Source: Rhizobacter sp. | GTDB taxonomy: Bacteria; Pseudomonadota; Gammaproteobacteria; Burkholderiales; Burkholderiaceae_C | Reading direction: 5' to 3' | Length of the DNA stretch: 64,000 nt | Assembly (NCBI GenBank): GCA_036676235.1 | Contig: JAKFDI010000011.1 | Location: 171,849-235,848, forward strand | Shown here: positions 22,923-34,249 of the stretch, piece after piece | Position numbering within the stretch: position 1 is the first letter of the stretch | How the letters are laid out: every line of letters begins with the position of its first letter | The notes under the pieces: model-generated | The model's input: only the letters and a program-made list of their open reading frames with translations | Told to the model about the DNA's origin: nothing | The model's database searches: none | Program-made: the position numbers and the translations under genes

Positions 22923-23840
22923 TCAGGGAGGAATCTCGCCCGGCGTACCGCCCGGCCAGGTGGCGAGCACCACGCCGGCCAGCGCGAGGCCGAGGGCCGC
23001 GACCTGCAGTGCCGCAAGCTGCTCGCCGAGGAACAGTACGCCCACCGCCGCCGCGCTCACCGGCAGCAGCACCGTGTACACGCCCGCCGACGAGGCGGGC
23101 ACGTGCCGCAGGCCCGTCATCCACAGCCACACCGTGACCATGCTGGCGGCGAGCGAGTAGAACAGCAGCAGCCACCACACCGACGCACTGGCCGCGCTGA
23201 AGTCGTGCCCCCACGCCTGCCACACACCGAACGGCGTGACGAGCGCCAGCCCCCACAGGTTCACGAGCGCGCTGATGCGCTTGGGCGACACGCTGGCCGT
23301 GAGCCGCTTGCCGACCACCACGTAGATGCCCTCGCACACCACGGCGCCGAACAGCAGCAGGTTGCCGAGCCACGTGCCACTGCCGGCTTCATGCTTGGCG
23401 AGCGACACCAGCGCGATGCCGCCCACCGCGCAGACGATTCCGGCGGCCACGCGGGGCGTGATCCGCTCGCGCAGGAAGGCCCACGAGAGCACGGCCACCA
23501 CCGCCGGAATGGCCGCCATGATCACACCGGCAGCCAGCGCCGAGCTCATCGAGATGCCGAACAGCATGCACACCGAGAACAGGAAGTTGCCGAAGAAGGA
23601 TTCGACGAACAGCAGCCCGCGGTCGTGGCGCGACAGCGGCACTTCGCCGGGTTGGCGCCTGACCCAGGGCGCCATCGCCACGGCCGCGATGCCGAAGCGC
23701 ATCCACGCCAGCAGGAAGACGGGAAACGCGAGCACGAGCACCTTGGACAGCGCCACATAGCTGCCCACCAGCACCATCGCTGATGACAGGCACGCATAAG
23801 CCAGCCACGGCACGTGCCGCTGCAAGGTGAGGGCGGTCAA
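22923..23840 (-). CDS. DMT-superfamily (EamA-like) transporter
   Basis: About 10 hydrophobic segments in a two-EamA-repeat architecture. Confidence 0.8.
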   Translation of the reverse strand: MTALTLQRHVPWLAYACLSSAMVLVGSYVALSKVLVLAFPVFLLAWMRFGIAAVAMAPWVRRQPGEVPLSRHDRGLLFVESFFGNFLFSVCMLFGISMSSALAAGVIMAAIPAVVAVLSWAFLRERITPRVAAGIVCAVGGIALVSLAKHEAGSGTWLGNLLLFGAVVCEGIYVVVGKRLTASVSPKRISALVNLWGLALVTPFGVWQAWGHDFSAASASVWWLLLFYSLAASMVTVWLWMTGLRHVPASSAGVYTVLLPVSAAAVGVLFLGEQLAALQVAALGLALAGVVLATWPGGTPGEIPP

Positions 23841-23856
23841 GAGAGGGCGACCCGCA

Positions 23857-25356
23857 TCAGGAGGCGTCGATTCGCAGCCACGTGGTCTTCAACTCCGTCA
23901 CCTTGTCGAAGGCATGCAGCGACTTGTCGCGTCCGTTGCCGCTCTGGCCGTAGCCGCCGAAGGGCACGGTGATGTCGTCCTCGTCGTACTGGTTCACGTG
24001 CACCGTGCCGGCACGCAGCGCGCGCGCCACTCGGTGGGCGCGGCTCAGGTGGTCGCTCCACACGCTCGCCTGCAGGCCGTAGCGGCTGTCGTTGGCAAGG
24101 GCGATGGCTTCTTCCTCGGTCTTGAAGCGGATGACGGAGAGCACCGGGCCGAAGATCTCTTCCTGCGCGATGCGCATGCGGTTGTCGACGTTCGTGAACA
24201 CCGTGGGCTCAACGTAGCAGCCGCCGGTGTCTTGCCGCACGCGCGAGCCGCCGGTCACGAGCGTCGCGCCTTCCGCGCGGCCGGTCTCGATGTGGCCGAG
24301 CACCGTCTGGAGCTGCATCTCGTCGACGATGGCGCCCATCTCGGTGGCCGGGTCCAGCGGGTCGGCGGGTTGCACCTTTGCCGCCTCGGCCGCAACGATC
24401 TCGGTGAAGCGATCGGCCACACGCTCATGCACGATGGCGCGCGAGGGCGCGTTGCAGCTCTCGCCCTGGTTGAAGAAGATGCTGCCGGCGGCCGTGACCG
24501 CGGCGCGCTCCAGATCGGCGAAGTCGTCGAAGACCACGAAGGCCGATTTGCCGCCGAGTTCGTTGAACACGCGCTTGAGGTTGCTGCGCCCGGCGTACTC
24601 GAGCATCTTGCGGCCCACACGCGTGGAGCCGGTGAAGCCGATGGCGTCCACGTCCATGTGCATCGCGAGCGCTTCACCCGCCTCCTGGCCGTAGCCCGGC
24701 ACCACGTTGAACACGCCCTCGGGCAGGCCGGCTTCGAGCGCGATCTCGGCCAGGCGCAGCGCCGAGAGCGACGACTTCTCGCTCGGCTTGAGCACCACGC
24801 TGTTGCCGGCGGCCAGCGCCGGGCCGAGCTTCCACGCCGCCATCACGAGCGGGTAGTTCCAGGGCACGATGGCGCCGATCACGCCCATCGCCTCGCGCGT
24901 GATGAGCGCAAGGCCCGTCGCCGGTGTGGGCGCAATCTCGTCGTAGAGCTTGTCGATGGCTTCGGCATACCAGGCGATGCAGCGCACGGTGAGGGCGATG
25001 TCGACGCCCAGCGCGTGGCGGATGGGTTTGCCCATGTCGAGGGTGTCGAGCAGGGCCAGTTGTTCGCGGTGCTGGTCGATGCCTTCGGCGAATCGCTGCA
25101 GCACCTTCTTGCGTTCGGCCGGCGCCTGGCCGCACCAGCGGCGGTCGGCGAAGGCGCGGCGGGCGGCGGCGACGGCACGGTCGACATCGGCCGCCTGGCA
25201 GCGCGCCACGCGGGTGAGGAACCAGCCGTCGATCGGCGAGACGGTGTCGAAGGTGGCTTCGTCGGCGGCGTCGACGCGCTGGCCGTCGATGAACGCCCGG
25301 CCGTCGAACGTGGTCCGCGCCGCGCGGCCTCGCCAGTCGATCGTTGGTGCGTTCAT
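23857..25356 (-). CDS. NAD-dependent aldehyde dehydrogenase (PuuC/PauC-like)
   Basis: ALDH motifs (FTGSTRVG, ELGGKSA, FFNQGESCNAPSR). Start at MNAPTIDW overlaps the upstream stop by 1 nt. Confidence 0.88.
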   Translation of the reverse strand: MNAPTIDWRGRAARTTFDGRAFIDGQRVDAADEATFDTVSPIDGWFLTRVARCQAADVDRAVAAARRAFADRRWCGQAPAERKKVLQRFAEGIDQHREQLALLDTLDMGKPIRHALGVDIALTVRCIAWYAEAIDKLYDEIAPTPATGLALITREAMGVIGAIVPWNYPLVMAAWKLGPALAAGNSVVLKPSEKSSLSALRLAEIALEAGLPEGVFNVVPGYGQEAGEALAMHMDVDAIGFTGSTRVGRKMLEYAGRSNLKRVFNELGGKSAFVVFDDFADLERAAVTAAGSIFFNQGESCNAPSRAIVHERVADRFTEIVAAEAAKVQPADPLDPATEMGAIVDEMQLQTVLGHIETGRAEGATLVTGGSRVRQDTGGCYVEPTVFTNVDNRMRIAQEEIFGPVLSVIRFKTEEEAIALANDSRYGLQASVWSDHLSRAHRVARALRAGTVHVNQYDEDDITVPFGGYGQSGNGRDKSLHAFDKVTELKTTWLRIDAS

Positions 25357-26744
25357 CACATCCACCCGCGCTGCCGAACGTCGGCCAGCGTGAGATCGAG
25401 GCAGCGGCGGATCAGCGCCACCATCTCGTCGATTTGCGCGCGTGTCATCACCAGCGGCGGCGCAACGATCATGCGGTCGCCGACGGCTCGCATGATGAGC
25501 CCGTTGCCGAAGCAGTGGCCGCGGCACAGCATGCCGACGCCGAGCTGCGAATCGAAGCGCTCGCCCGAGGCCTTGTCGCGCACGAGCTGCAGCGCGCCCA
25601 TCATCCCGAGGCTCTGCGCTTCACCCACCAGCGGGTGCTCGCCGAGCGCCTGCCAGTGCGCGGCCAGATGCGGCCCGATGTCCTCACGCACCTTGTCGAC
25701 GATGCCTTCGCGCTGGAGCAGCCGGATGTTGGCCACCGCCACCGCACAGGCCACGGGATGGCCGCTGTAGGTGTAGCCATGGGCGAACTCGCCGCCTTCG
25801 TCGACCAGCGTGCGCGCCACACGTTCGCCCACCAGCACGCCGCCGAGCGGGATGTAGCCCGAACTCACGCCCTTGGCGAAGGTCATCAGATCGGGCTCGA
25901 AGCCGAGCGTCTCGCAGCCGAACCAACGGCCCGTGCGCCCGAAGCCGCAGATCACTTCGTCGGACACCAGCAGGATGTCGTGCTTGCGGCAGATGCGCTG
26001 GATCTCGGGCCAGTAGGTGGCCGGCGGCACGATCACGCCGCCCGCGCCCTGCACCGGCTCGCCGATGAAGGCGGCCACCTTGTCGGCGCCGATCTCCTCG
26101 ATCTTGGCCTCGAGCCAGCGCGCCGCGCGCAGGCCGAAATCGTCGCGGCTGGCGCCCTGACCGTGCTCGAACCAGAACGGCTGCTCGATGTGGTCGATGC
26201 CCGGGATCGGCAAGCCTCCTTGCGCGTGCATGTCGCTCATGCCGCCGAGCGAGGCGCCGGCCATGGTGGAGCCGTGGTAGCCATTGCGCCGGCCGATGAT
26301 GACCTGCCGCTCGGGGCGGCCCATCACGTCCCAGTAGCGGCGCACCATGCGCACGATGGTGTCGTTGCCCTCCGAGCCCGAGCTTGTGAAGAACACGTGC
26401 TCGAAGCCCGGCGGCGACACCTGCGCCAGCAGTTCGGCGAGTTCGATCGCCGGCGGCGTGGTGGTCTGGAAGAAGGAGTTGTAGAAGGGCAGCTGCTTGA
26501 GTTGCGCCGTGGCCGCATCGATCAGCGCCTGCTGGCCGTAGCCCACGTTCACGCACCACAGACCTGACATCGCGTCGAGGATCTTGTGGCCGTCGCTGTC
26601 CCACAGATAGATGCCTTCGCCGCGCGTGATGATGCGTGAGCCCTGGCCCTGGAGCGACTTGAAATCGGTGAACGGATGCAGGTAGTGCGCCGAGTCGGCG
26701 GCCTGCCATTGCTTCGTGGTTCTCGTGTCGGTGCTCATGGTCAT
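25356..26744 (-). CDS. Class III (omega) aminotransferase, SpuC-like
   Basis: SGLWCVNVGYG, SGSEGNDT and a PLP-lysine region. ATGA overlap with the upstream GS-like gene. Confidence 0.88.
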   Translation of the reverse strand: MTMSTDTRTTKQWQAADSAHYLHPFTDFKSLQGQGSRIITRGEGIYLWDSDGHKILDAMSGLWCVNVGYGQQALIDAATAQLKQLPFYNSFFQTTTPPAIELAELLAQVSPPGFEHVFFTSSGSEGNDTIVRMVRRYWDVMGRPERQVIIGRRNGYHGSTMAGASLGGMSDMHAQGGLPIPGIDHIEQPFWFEHGQGASRDDFGLRAARWLEAKIEEIGADKVAAFIGEPVQGAGGVIVPPATYWPEIQRICRKHDILLVSDEVICGFGRTGRWFGCETLGFEPDLMTFAKGVSSGYIPLGGVLVGERVARTLVDEGGEFAHGYTYSGHPVACAVAVANIRLLQREGIVDKVREDIGPHLAAHWQALGEHPLVGEAQSLGMMGALQLVRDKASGERFDSQLGVGMLCRGHCFGNGLIMRAVGDRMIVAPPLVMTRAQIDEMVALIRRCLDLTLADVRQRGWM

Positions 26745-28105
26745 ACATGCAGCAAGAGATGTTCGCGCTCCCACGGCGAGATCACCTTCATGAACTCGTC
26801 GTGCTCGATTTCCTTCACCTCGGAATAGACGGTGATGAATTCCTTGCCCAGCATCTCGTGCAGATCGGTCTCGTCGGCCAGCCAACCCAGCGCCTCGCTC
26901 AGCGAGCGCGGCAGTTGGTACTCCGACAAATAGGCGTCGCCCTTGCACTCGGCCGAAGGCTCGATGCGGTGCTTGATGCCGAGGTAGCCGCAGGCGAGCG
27001 TGGCGGCCAGCGCCACGTACGGGTTCGCATCGGCGCCGATCACCCGGTTCTCGATGCGCCGGCCGGCAGCGGTGGCGACCGGCGCGCGGATGCCCACCGT
27101 GCGGTTGTCGGTGCCCCACTGGATGTTGATCGGCGCGGCGGTCGAGCGTGCCAGCCGCCGGTAGGAGTTGACGTAGGGCGCGAACAGCGCCATTGCCGCC
27201 GGCGTGTACTTCTGCAGGCCGCCGATGTACCAGTAGAACTCGCGGCTTGGCGAGCCGTCCTCGTTGCTGAAGAGGTTGCGCCCGGTTTTCTTGTCGACGA
27301 GGCTCTGGTGCACATGCATCGCGCTGCCGGGCTCATGCGCCATCGGCTTGGCCATGAAGGTGGCGTACATCTCGTGGCGCAGCGCCGTCTCGCGGATGGT
27401 GCGCTTGAAGAAGAACACCTCGTCGGCCAGCCCGAGCGGATGGTCGTGGAAGAAGTTGATCTCCATCTGTCCCGCGCCCACTTCGTGGATCAGCGTGTCG
27501 ACGTTCAACTCCATCTGCTCGCAGTAGGCGTAAAGCTCCTCGAACAGCGGGTCGAACTCGTTCACTGCATCGATGGAGTAGGCCTGGCGCGAGGTTTCGG
27601 ACCGGCCGCTGCGGCCACGCGGCGGGCGCAGCGGCGTGTTCGGGTCGGCGTTGCGCTCGACGAGATAGAACTCCAGCTCGGGCGCCACGATGGGCTGCCA
27701 GCCCTCGGCATCGAACAGATCGCACACCCGGCGCAGCACCGAGCGCGGTGCGTAGGGAATGAGCGTGCCGTGACGGTCGAAGCAGTCGTGGATGACCTGC
27801 GCGGTCGGGTCGGCCGCCCAGGGCACGATGCGCACGGTGGAGGGGTCGGGGCGCAGGTGCATGTCGCGGTCGGTGGCGTGGATCACGTCGTAGTACGCGC
27901 CGGCCTCGGGAAACTCGCCGGTCACGCCGATGGCGACGATGGCTTCGGGCAGCCGCATGCCGCGGTCCTCGGTGAACTTTTCGCGCGGCAGGATCTTGCC
28001 GCGCGCCACGCCGGTGAGATCGGGCACGAGGCACTCGATCTCGGTCACGCGCCGGTCGTTGAGCCACTGTTCCAGCTCGCTGAAAGTGAATGGGTCTCGC
28101 TTCAC
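26741..28105 (-). CDS. Glutamine synthetase family protein (gamma-glutamylpolyamine synthetase, PuuA/SpuB-like)
   Basis: GS type-III-like catalytic domain (PELEFYLV, MHVHQSL). GTG start with AGGA upstream, overlapping the amidotransferase stop. Confidence 0.85.
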   Translation of the reverse strand: MKRDPFTFSELEQWLNDRRVTEIECLVPDLTGVARGKILPREKFTEDRGMRLPEAIVAIGVTGEFPEAGAYYDVIHATDRDMHLRPDPSTVRIVPWAADPTAQVIHDCFDRHGTLIPYAPRSVLRRVCDLFDAEGWQPIVAPELEFYLVERNADPNTPLRPPRGRSGRSETSRQAYSIDAVNEFDPLFEELYAYCEQMELNVDTLIHEVGAGQMEINFFHDHPLGLADEVFFFKRTIRETALRHEMYATFMAKPMAHEPGSAMHVHQSLVDKKTGRNLFSNEDGSPSREFYWYIGGLQKYTPAAMALFAPYVNSYRRLARSTAAPINIQWGTDNRTVGIRAPVATAAGRRIENRVIGADANPYVALAATLACGYLGIKHRIEPSAECKGDAYLSEYQLPRSLSEALGWLADETDLHEMLGKEFITVYSEVKEIEHDEFMKVISPWEREHLLLHV

Positions 28106-28854
28106 GATAGGTTCCTGTGGCGATAGCGTTCGCAGGCGGCACCGAAGGCTTGGAGCAGCGCCTTCGACACGGGGTTGGAGCCGGCCTGCCATTCGGGGTG
28201 CCACTGCACGCACAGCGCGAACGCATCCGGCTCGGGGATGGAGAAGGCCTCCACCAGGCCATCGGGCGCGCGGGCTTCGACACGCAGGCCGGGCGCGAGG
28301 CGGTTGATGCCCTGGCCGTGCAGCGAGTTCACGTCGAAGTGCGCAAGGCCGGTGATGCGTTCGAGCAGGCTGCCCGAAGCCACCTCGACCGGATGGGCCG
28401 GGCCGTAGGCCACGTCGACATCCGCCTCCGGTGAATCGCGGTGGTCGTGGTGGCCGGGCTGCTCGTGCACCGCCTGGTGCAGGCTGCCACCGAGCGCGAC
28501 GTTCACTTCCTGGAACCCGCGGCAGATGCCGAACAGCGGCAGGCCGAGATCGAGCGCGCAGCGGATCAGCGGCAGGGTCCAACGGTCGCGCTCGGGGTCG
28601 AGGGGGAGGGCGGCATCATGCGGCGCCTCGCCGAAATGCCCCGGGTCGACGTTCGATGGCGATCCGGTCAGCAGCACGCCGTGGGCGTGCGAGAGCAGCT
28701 CGCCGATCTCGTCGGGCTCCACCCAGGGCACGACCAGCGGCAGGCAGCCGGCGAGGCGCACGGCCTCGATGTACTTGCGCCCGACGACATGGAACGGATG
28801 CCGGCCGAGCGTGCGGTTGCAGGCGGGGACGAGGACAACCGGTCGGGACTTCAT
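28102..28854 (-). CDS. Gamma-glutamyl-gamma-aminobutyrate hydrolase family (class I amidotransferase, PuuD/SpuA-like, peptidase C26)
   Basis: GICRGFQ nucleophile elbow and a WHPE-type histidine region (VQWHPEW). Confidence 0.85.
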   Translation of the reverse strand: MKSRPVVLVPACNRTLGRHPFHVVGRKYIEAVRLAGCLPLVVPWVEPDEIGELLSHAHGVLLTGSPSNVDPGHFGEAPHDAALPLDPERDRWTLPLIRCALDLGLPLFGICRGFQEVNVALGGSLHQAVHEQPGHHDHRDSPEADVDVAYGPAHPVEVASGSLLERITGLAHFDVNSLHGQGINRLAPGLRVEARAPDGLVEAFSIPEPDAFALCVQWHPEWQAGSNPVSKALLQAFGAACERYRHRNLS

Positions 28855-28882
28855 CGATGTGCCTCGTGCGCCCGTTCAGGCT

Positions 28883-30220
28883 TCAGTCCGCCCGCTTGAT
28901 GGCGTCGGCCAGCGTGCCGATCATCTGGTCGATGTGCTGGTCTTCGACGATCAGCGGCGGCGACAGCGCGATGGTGTCGCCCGTGGTGCGCACCATCAGC
29001 CCCTTCTCCCAGCAGTCGAGGAACACGGAAAACGCCCGCTTGCCCGGCTCGCCCGGCCGCGGTGCCAACTCGATGCCGCCCACGAGCCCGATGTTGCGCA
29101 CGTCGATCACGTTCGGCAGGCCTTCGAGCGAATGCACCGCGCGCTCGAAGGTGGCCGCCATGCGCGAGCCGCGCGTCAGCAGGTCGTCGTCGGCATAGGT
29201 CTCGAGCGTGCCGAGCGCAGCCGCGCAGGCCAACGGGTGCGCCGAGTAGGTGTAGCCGTGGAAGAACTCGATCAGGTGCTCGGGGCCGTTCATGAAGGCG
29301 TCGTGGATGTTCTGCCGCGCGAACACGGCCCCCATCGGCACGCTGCCGTTCGTCAAACCTTTGGCGACGGTCATCAGGTCGGGCGTGACGCCGAAATGCG
29401 TGGCGGCGAAGGGCGAGCCCAGGCGGCCGAAGCCGGTGATGACCTCGTCGAAGATGAGCAGGATGCCGTGCTTGTCGCAGATGGCCCGCAGCCGCTGCAG
29501 GTAACCCTGGGGCGGCACCAGCACGCCGGTGGAGCCGGCCACGGGTTCGACGATGACGGCGGCGATGGTCGACGCGTCGTGCAGCGCCACCAGACGCTCC
29601 AGGTCGTCGGCGAACTCCTCGCCGTAGACCGGCTGGCCGCACGAGAACGCATTGCGCTCCGGGTCGTGCGTGTGGCGGATGTGGTCGACGCCCGCCAGCA
29701 GCGTGCCGAACATCTTGCGGTTGGAGACGATGCCGCCGACCGAGATGCCGCCGAAGTTCACGCCGTGGTAGCCGCGCTCGCGGCCGATGAGGCGGGTGCG
29801 CGAGCCGTCGCCGCGCACGCGGTGGTAGGCAATCGCCATCTTGAGCGCCGTCTCGACCGCCTCGGAGCCGGAGTTCACGTAGAACACCCGGTTCAGCTCC
29901 TTCGGCGTGAGCTGCACCAGCTTCTCGGACAGCTCGAAGGCCTTGGGGTGGCCCATCTGGAACGAGGGCGCGAAATCCATTTCGCCGGCTTGCTGGCGGA
30001 TGGCCTCGACGATCTTCGTGCGCCCGTGGCCGGCGTTCACGCACCACAGGCCGGCGACCGCGTCGAGCACCTTGCGGCCCTCGGGCGTCCAGAAGTGCAT
30101 GCCCTCGGCGCGCGCCAGCATGCGCGGCGATTGCTTGAACTGCCGGTTGGCAGTGAACGGCATCCAGTACGCATCCATGCCGGGTTGCGATTGAGGCTGA
30201 TCGGTGACGGTGCTCGACAT
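28883..30220 (-). CDS. Omega-amino acid:pyruvate aminotransferase family protein
   Basis: YWMPFTANRQFK, AGLWCVNAGHG and class III aminotransferase fold motifs. Confidence 0.88.
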   Translation of the reverse strand: MSSTVTDQPQSQPGMDAYWMPFTANRQFKQSPRMLARAEGMHFWTPEGRKVLDAVAGLWCVNAGHGRTKIVEAIRQQAGEMDFAPSFQMGHPKAFELSEKLVQLTPKELNRVFYVNSGSEAVETALKMAIAYHRVRGDGSRTRLIGRERGYHGVNFGGISVGGIVSNRKMFGTLLAGVDHIRHTHDPERNAFSCGQPVYGEEFADDLERLVALHDASTIAAVIVEPVAGSTGVLVPPQGYLQRLRAICDKHGILLIFDEVITGFGRLGSPFAATHFGVTPDLMTVAKGLTNGSVPMGAVFARQNIHDAFMNGPEHLIEFFHGYTYSAHPLACAAALGTLETYADDDLLTRGSRMAATFERAVHSLEGLPNVIDVRNIGLVGGIELAPRPGEPGKRAFSVFLDCWEKGLMVRTTGDTIALSPPLIVEDQHIDQMIGTLADAIKRAD

Positions 30221-30538
30221 GGCTGCTCCTTGGTGCTGAGTGATTCATGCGAGCCGGCGGGCCCGCGGCGTTGTCGCTCGTAGTGTGCCCGCACGCGCCG
30301 GGCGTGCACATGAGCAGGGTCTGCGCGCATGGCCGGCACGCAGCTCGGGCAGCGATGACCAATGCCGCTTGTTGCTCGCAGATCCAGCCCGCGACCCTTT
30401 TCGTCATCCGGAAGTCGCATTTCGCTATACGGGATCACACGATCAAAGACGCCATACATGTTTTCCATTCTGGCGAGTGTCATTCCGCATTACGGTAGTG
30501 ATTGGTTAAGTCATTGTTTTAGAACGATTTCTGATCTT

Positions 30539-30561
30539 GTCTTATATAAGACATAAGTCTT
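30539..30561. promoter_or_regulatory. Candidate operator: alternating GTCTT/AAGAC half-sites upstream of aceA
   Basis: GTCTT-ATAT-AAGAC-ATAA-GTCTT, which includes the perfect 14-bp palindrome GTCTTATATAAGAC. It sits in the AT-rich stretch 75-97 nt upstream of the aceA ATG. Confidence 0.4.
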
Positions 30562-30635
30562 CCTGCGGCGAGCCATTCTTTGTATTCTTTGTCCAGAAAC
30601 TTCTTCTCCCCTCTCGTTTCACTCTAGGAGCACAC

Positions 30636-31934
<1,299 letters not shown>

Positions 31935-31951
31935 TCAACCGCGCGCCAATG

Positions 31952-31978
31952 AAAACGCCCGCGTCTCGCGGGCGTTTT
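31952..31978 (+). terminator. Rho-independent terminator after aceA
   Basis: AAAACGCCCGCG-TCT-CGCGGGCGTTTT, a perfect 12-bp stem with a T-run. Confidence 0.85.
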
Positions 31979-32069
31979 CGTCATCAAGCCACGCCCGTGG
32001 CCCGGGTTTCCCGGGCCACCAGGCGGCGCCCCTTGGGGGCAGGAGCGCAGCGACTGGGGGGCCGTCAAT

Positions 32070-33218
32070 CTACATCGAGGCTTCGATGATCTCGCGGTAC
32101 TCGGCTTCCGTCGCCACGCGCGGATTGGTCTTGTGGCAATGGTCCTTCATCGCGCCGTCGATGATGCGATCGAACAGCGCCGGCTCCACCCCCATCGCCT
32201 TCAATCCCGAAGGCAGGCCAAGGCGCGCGTTCAGTTTGCGCAGTGCTTCGGCGAGTTCGGTGCCTTTGGAGTCGCATGAGCCGATGCCGATGGCATAGGC
32301 CATGCGCTGCAGCCGCTGCTCGCGCCGGATGGAATCGGCCGCGGCGTTGAACTTCACCACCTCGGGCAGGAACATCGCGTTCAAGGTGCCGTGATGCAGC
32401 CGCGGATTGGCGCCGCCCAGGCTGTGGCTGAGCGAATGCACGGCGCCCAGGCCCTTCTGGAAAGCCATCGCGCCCTGCATGCTCGCGCTCATCATGTTCC
32501 AGCGCGCTTCGCGGTCGGCGCCGTTCTCGGTGGCGCGCACGATGTGCTTCCAGCCGCGCTCCAGCCCGTCAAGCGCGATGCCGTCGGCCGGCGGGTTGAC
32601 GGCCGGCGCCATGAAGGTTTCCATGCAGTGCGCGATGGCGTCCATGCCGGTCGCGGCCGTCAGGAAGGGCGGCAGGCCGAGCGTGAGTTCGGGATCGCAG
32701 ATCGCGGTCTTGGGTACGAGATGCCAGCTGTGAAAGCCGAGCTTGCGGCCATCGTCGACGATGACGATGGCACCGCGCGCCACTTCGCTGCCGGTGCCGG
32801 CGGTGGTGGGCACGGCGATCAGCGGCGCCACGCGCTCGGTGATCTTGTTGCTGCCGCCCTCGATGGTGGCGTAGGTCTTGAGTGGCCCCTCGTGTGTGGC
32901 AGCGATGGCCACGCCTTTCGCCAGATCGATGCTCGACCCGCCGCCCACGGCGATCAGCCCGTCGCAGCCGTTGGCCTGGTAGACCTCGACGGCCGCGCGC
33001 ACACCGGCCTCGGTGGGGTTAGACGGCGTCTGGTCGAACACCGCATGCGGCAGGCTGCCGAGTGCGGCAATCGCCTTGTCCAGCACGCCGGCCGCGCGCA
33101 CGCCCGCATCGGTGACGATGAGTGGCTTTCGGATGCCGCTGCGTTCGCATTCCTGCGGCAGCAAGGAGACGGCGCCGAAATCGAGCTGGATCTGCGTGAC
33201 GTAGTAGATGAAGGCCAT
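32070..33218 (-). CDS. Iron-containing (group III) alcohol dehydrogenase
   Basis: GGGSSIDLAKG and conserved metal-binding His motifs. Confidence 0.88.
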   Translation of the reverse strand: MAFIYYVTQIQLDFGAVSLLPQECERSGIRKPLIVTDAGVRAAGVLDKAIAALGSLPHAVFDQTPSNPTEAGVRAAVEVYQANGCDGLIAVGGGSSIDLAKGVAIAATHEGPLKTYATIEGGSNKITERVAPLIAVPTTAGTGSEVARGAIVIVDDGRKLGFHSWHLVPKTAICDPELTLGLPPFLTAATGMDAIAHCMETFMAPAVNPPADGIALDGLERGWKHIVRATENGADREARWNMMSASMQGAMAFQKGLGAVHSLSHSLGGANPRLHHGTLNAMFLPEVVKFNAAADSIRREQRLQRMAYAIGIGSCDSKGTELAEALRKLNARLGLPSGLKAMGVEPALFDRIIDGAMKDHCHKTNPRVATEAEYREIIEASM

Positions 33219-33337
33219 GGCGGGCAGTGAGGTCAGGAAGTGAAAGGCTGCCGCCGAGTATCCTCGCGCGTTCCGCCCACTGCATCGGTGAATGCCACCA
33301 ACCCTGCGCCGTGCCCAGACACTTGCTCACGCCTCGC

Positions 33338-34249
33338 ATGGCCGAGGTGCTCCACAACATCCGGCGCGCCAACCGGCCGCCGTTCTACGCCATGAGCGTT
33401 CCCGAGGCGCGCCGCGCCTACATCTCGGCGTCCGAGGTGCTGGAGCGCTCGCGCGCCGAGTTGCCGCGCGTCGAGGACTTCACACTGCCGGTCGCTGACG
33501 GCGTGCAACTGCGCAGCCGTCTGTATGCGCCCTCGCACGACAAGCTGCCGGTGCTGCTGTACCTGCACGGCGGCGGCTTCACCATCGGTGCGCTCGAAAC
33601 GCACGACAGCCTGTGCCGCCAGCTCTCGCTGCAAAGTGGCGCTGCCGTGGCGGCGGTGGAATACCGGCTCGCGCCCGAGCATCGCTTTCCGATCGCCGTC
33701 GACGACAGCTGGGCCGCCATGCGCTGGCTGGCCGGGAAGGGCGCCGATGCACTCGGTCTCGATGGCCGCGTGGCGGTTGGCGGCGACAGCGCCGGCGGCA
33801 CGCTCGCTGCGGTATGCGCCATCCATGCGCGCGACATCGGCCTGCCGCTCGCTGCGCAGTTGCTCATCACGCCGGGCACGACGGCGTATGCCGACACCGA
33901 ATCCCACAAGCGCTTTGCCAGCGGCTTCCTGCTCGAAGCAGAAGGCATCGAGTGGTTCTTCGCCCACTACATTGACCACGCGCAGCGCAGCGACTGGCGT
34001 TTCGCGCCGCTGAACGCTGATGATCTGGACGGCGTGGCGCCGGCCTGCGTGATCCTCGCCGAGTGCGACCCGCTGGTCGACGAAGGTATTGCCTACGCCG
34101 ATCGCCTGCGCGCCGCGGGCGTTGCGGTGGAGCTGGAGCTGTACCGCGGGCTCACGCACGATTTCATCAAGATGGGCCGCGTTCTCGACGAAGCCCACCA
34201 TGCCCAGGCCGCCTGCGCGGCCGCTCTCAGAAAGGCCTTCGCGCTGTGA
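33338..34249 (+). CDS. Alpha/beta hydrolase, HSL-type (family IV) esterase/lipase
   Basis: HGGGF oxyanion motif and GDSAGG nucleophile elbow. Confidence 0.85.
   Translation: MAEVLHNIRRANRPPFYAMSVPEARRAYISASEVLERSRAELPRVEDFTLPVADGVQLRSRLYAPSHDKLPVLLYLHGGGFTIGALETHDSLCRQLSLQSGAAVAAVEYRLAPEHRFPIAVDDSWAAMRWLAGKGADALGLDGRVAVGGDSAGGTLAAVCAIHARDIGLPLAAQLLITPGTTAYADTESHKRFASGFLLEAEGIEWFFAHYIDHAQRSDWRFAPLNADDLDGVAPACVILAECDPLVDEGIAYADRLRAAGVAVELELYRGLTHDFIKMGRVLDEAHHAQAACAAALRKAFAL

Noticed and set aside
30362-30556. 64-aa ORF in the aceA upstream region.
   Set aside because: It lies in the AT-rich promoter/operator stretch, has no RBS, and its composition is unlike coding sequence in this genome.
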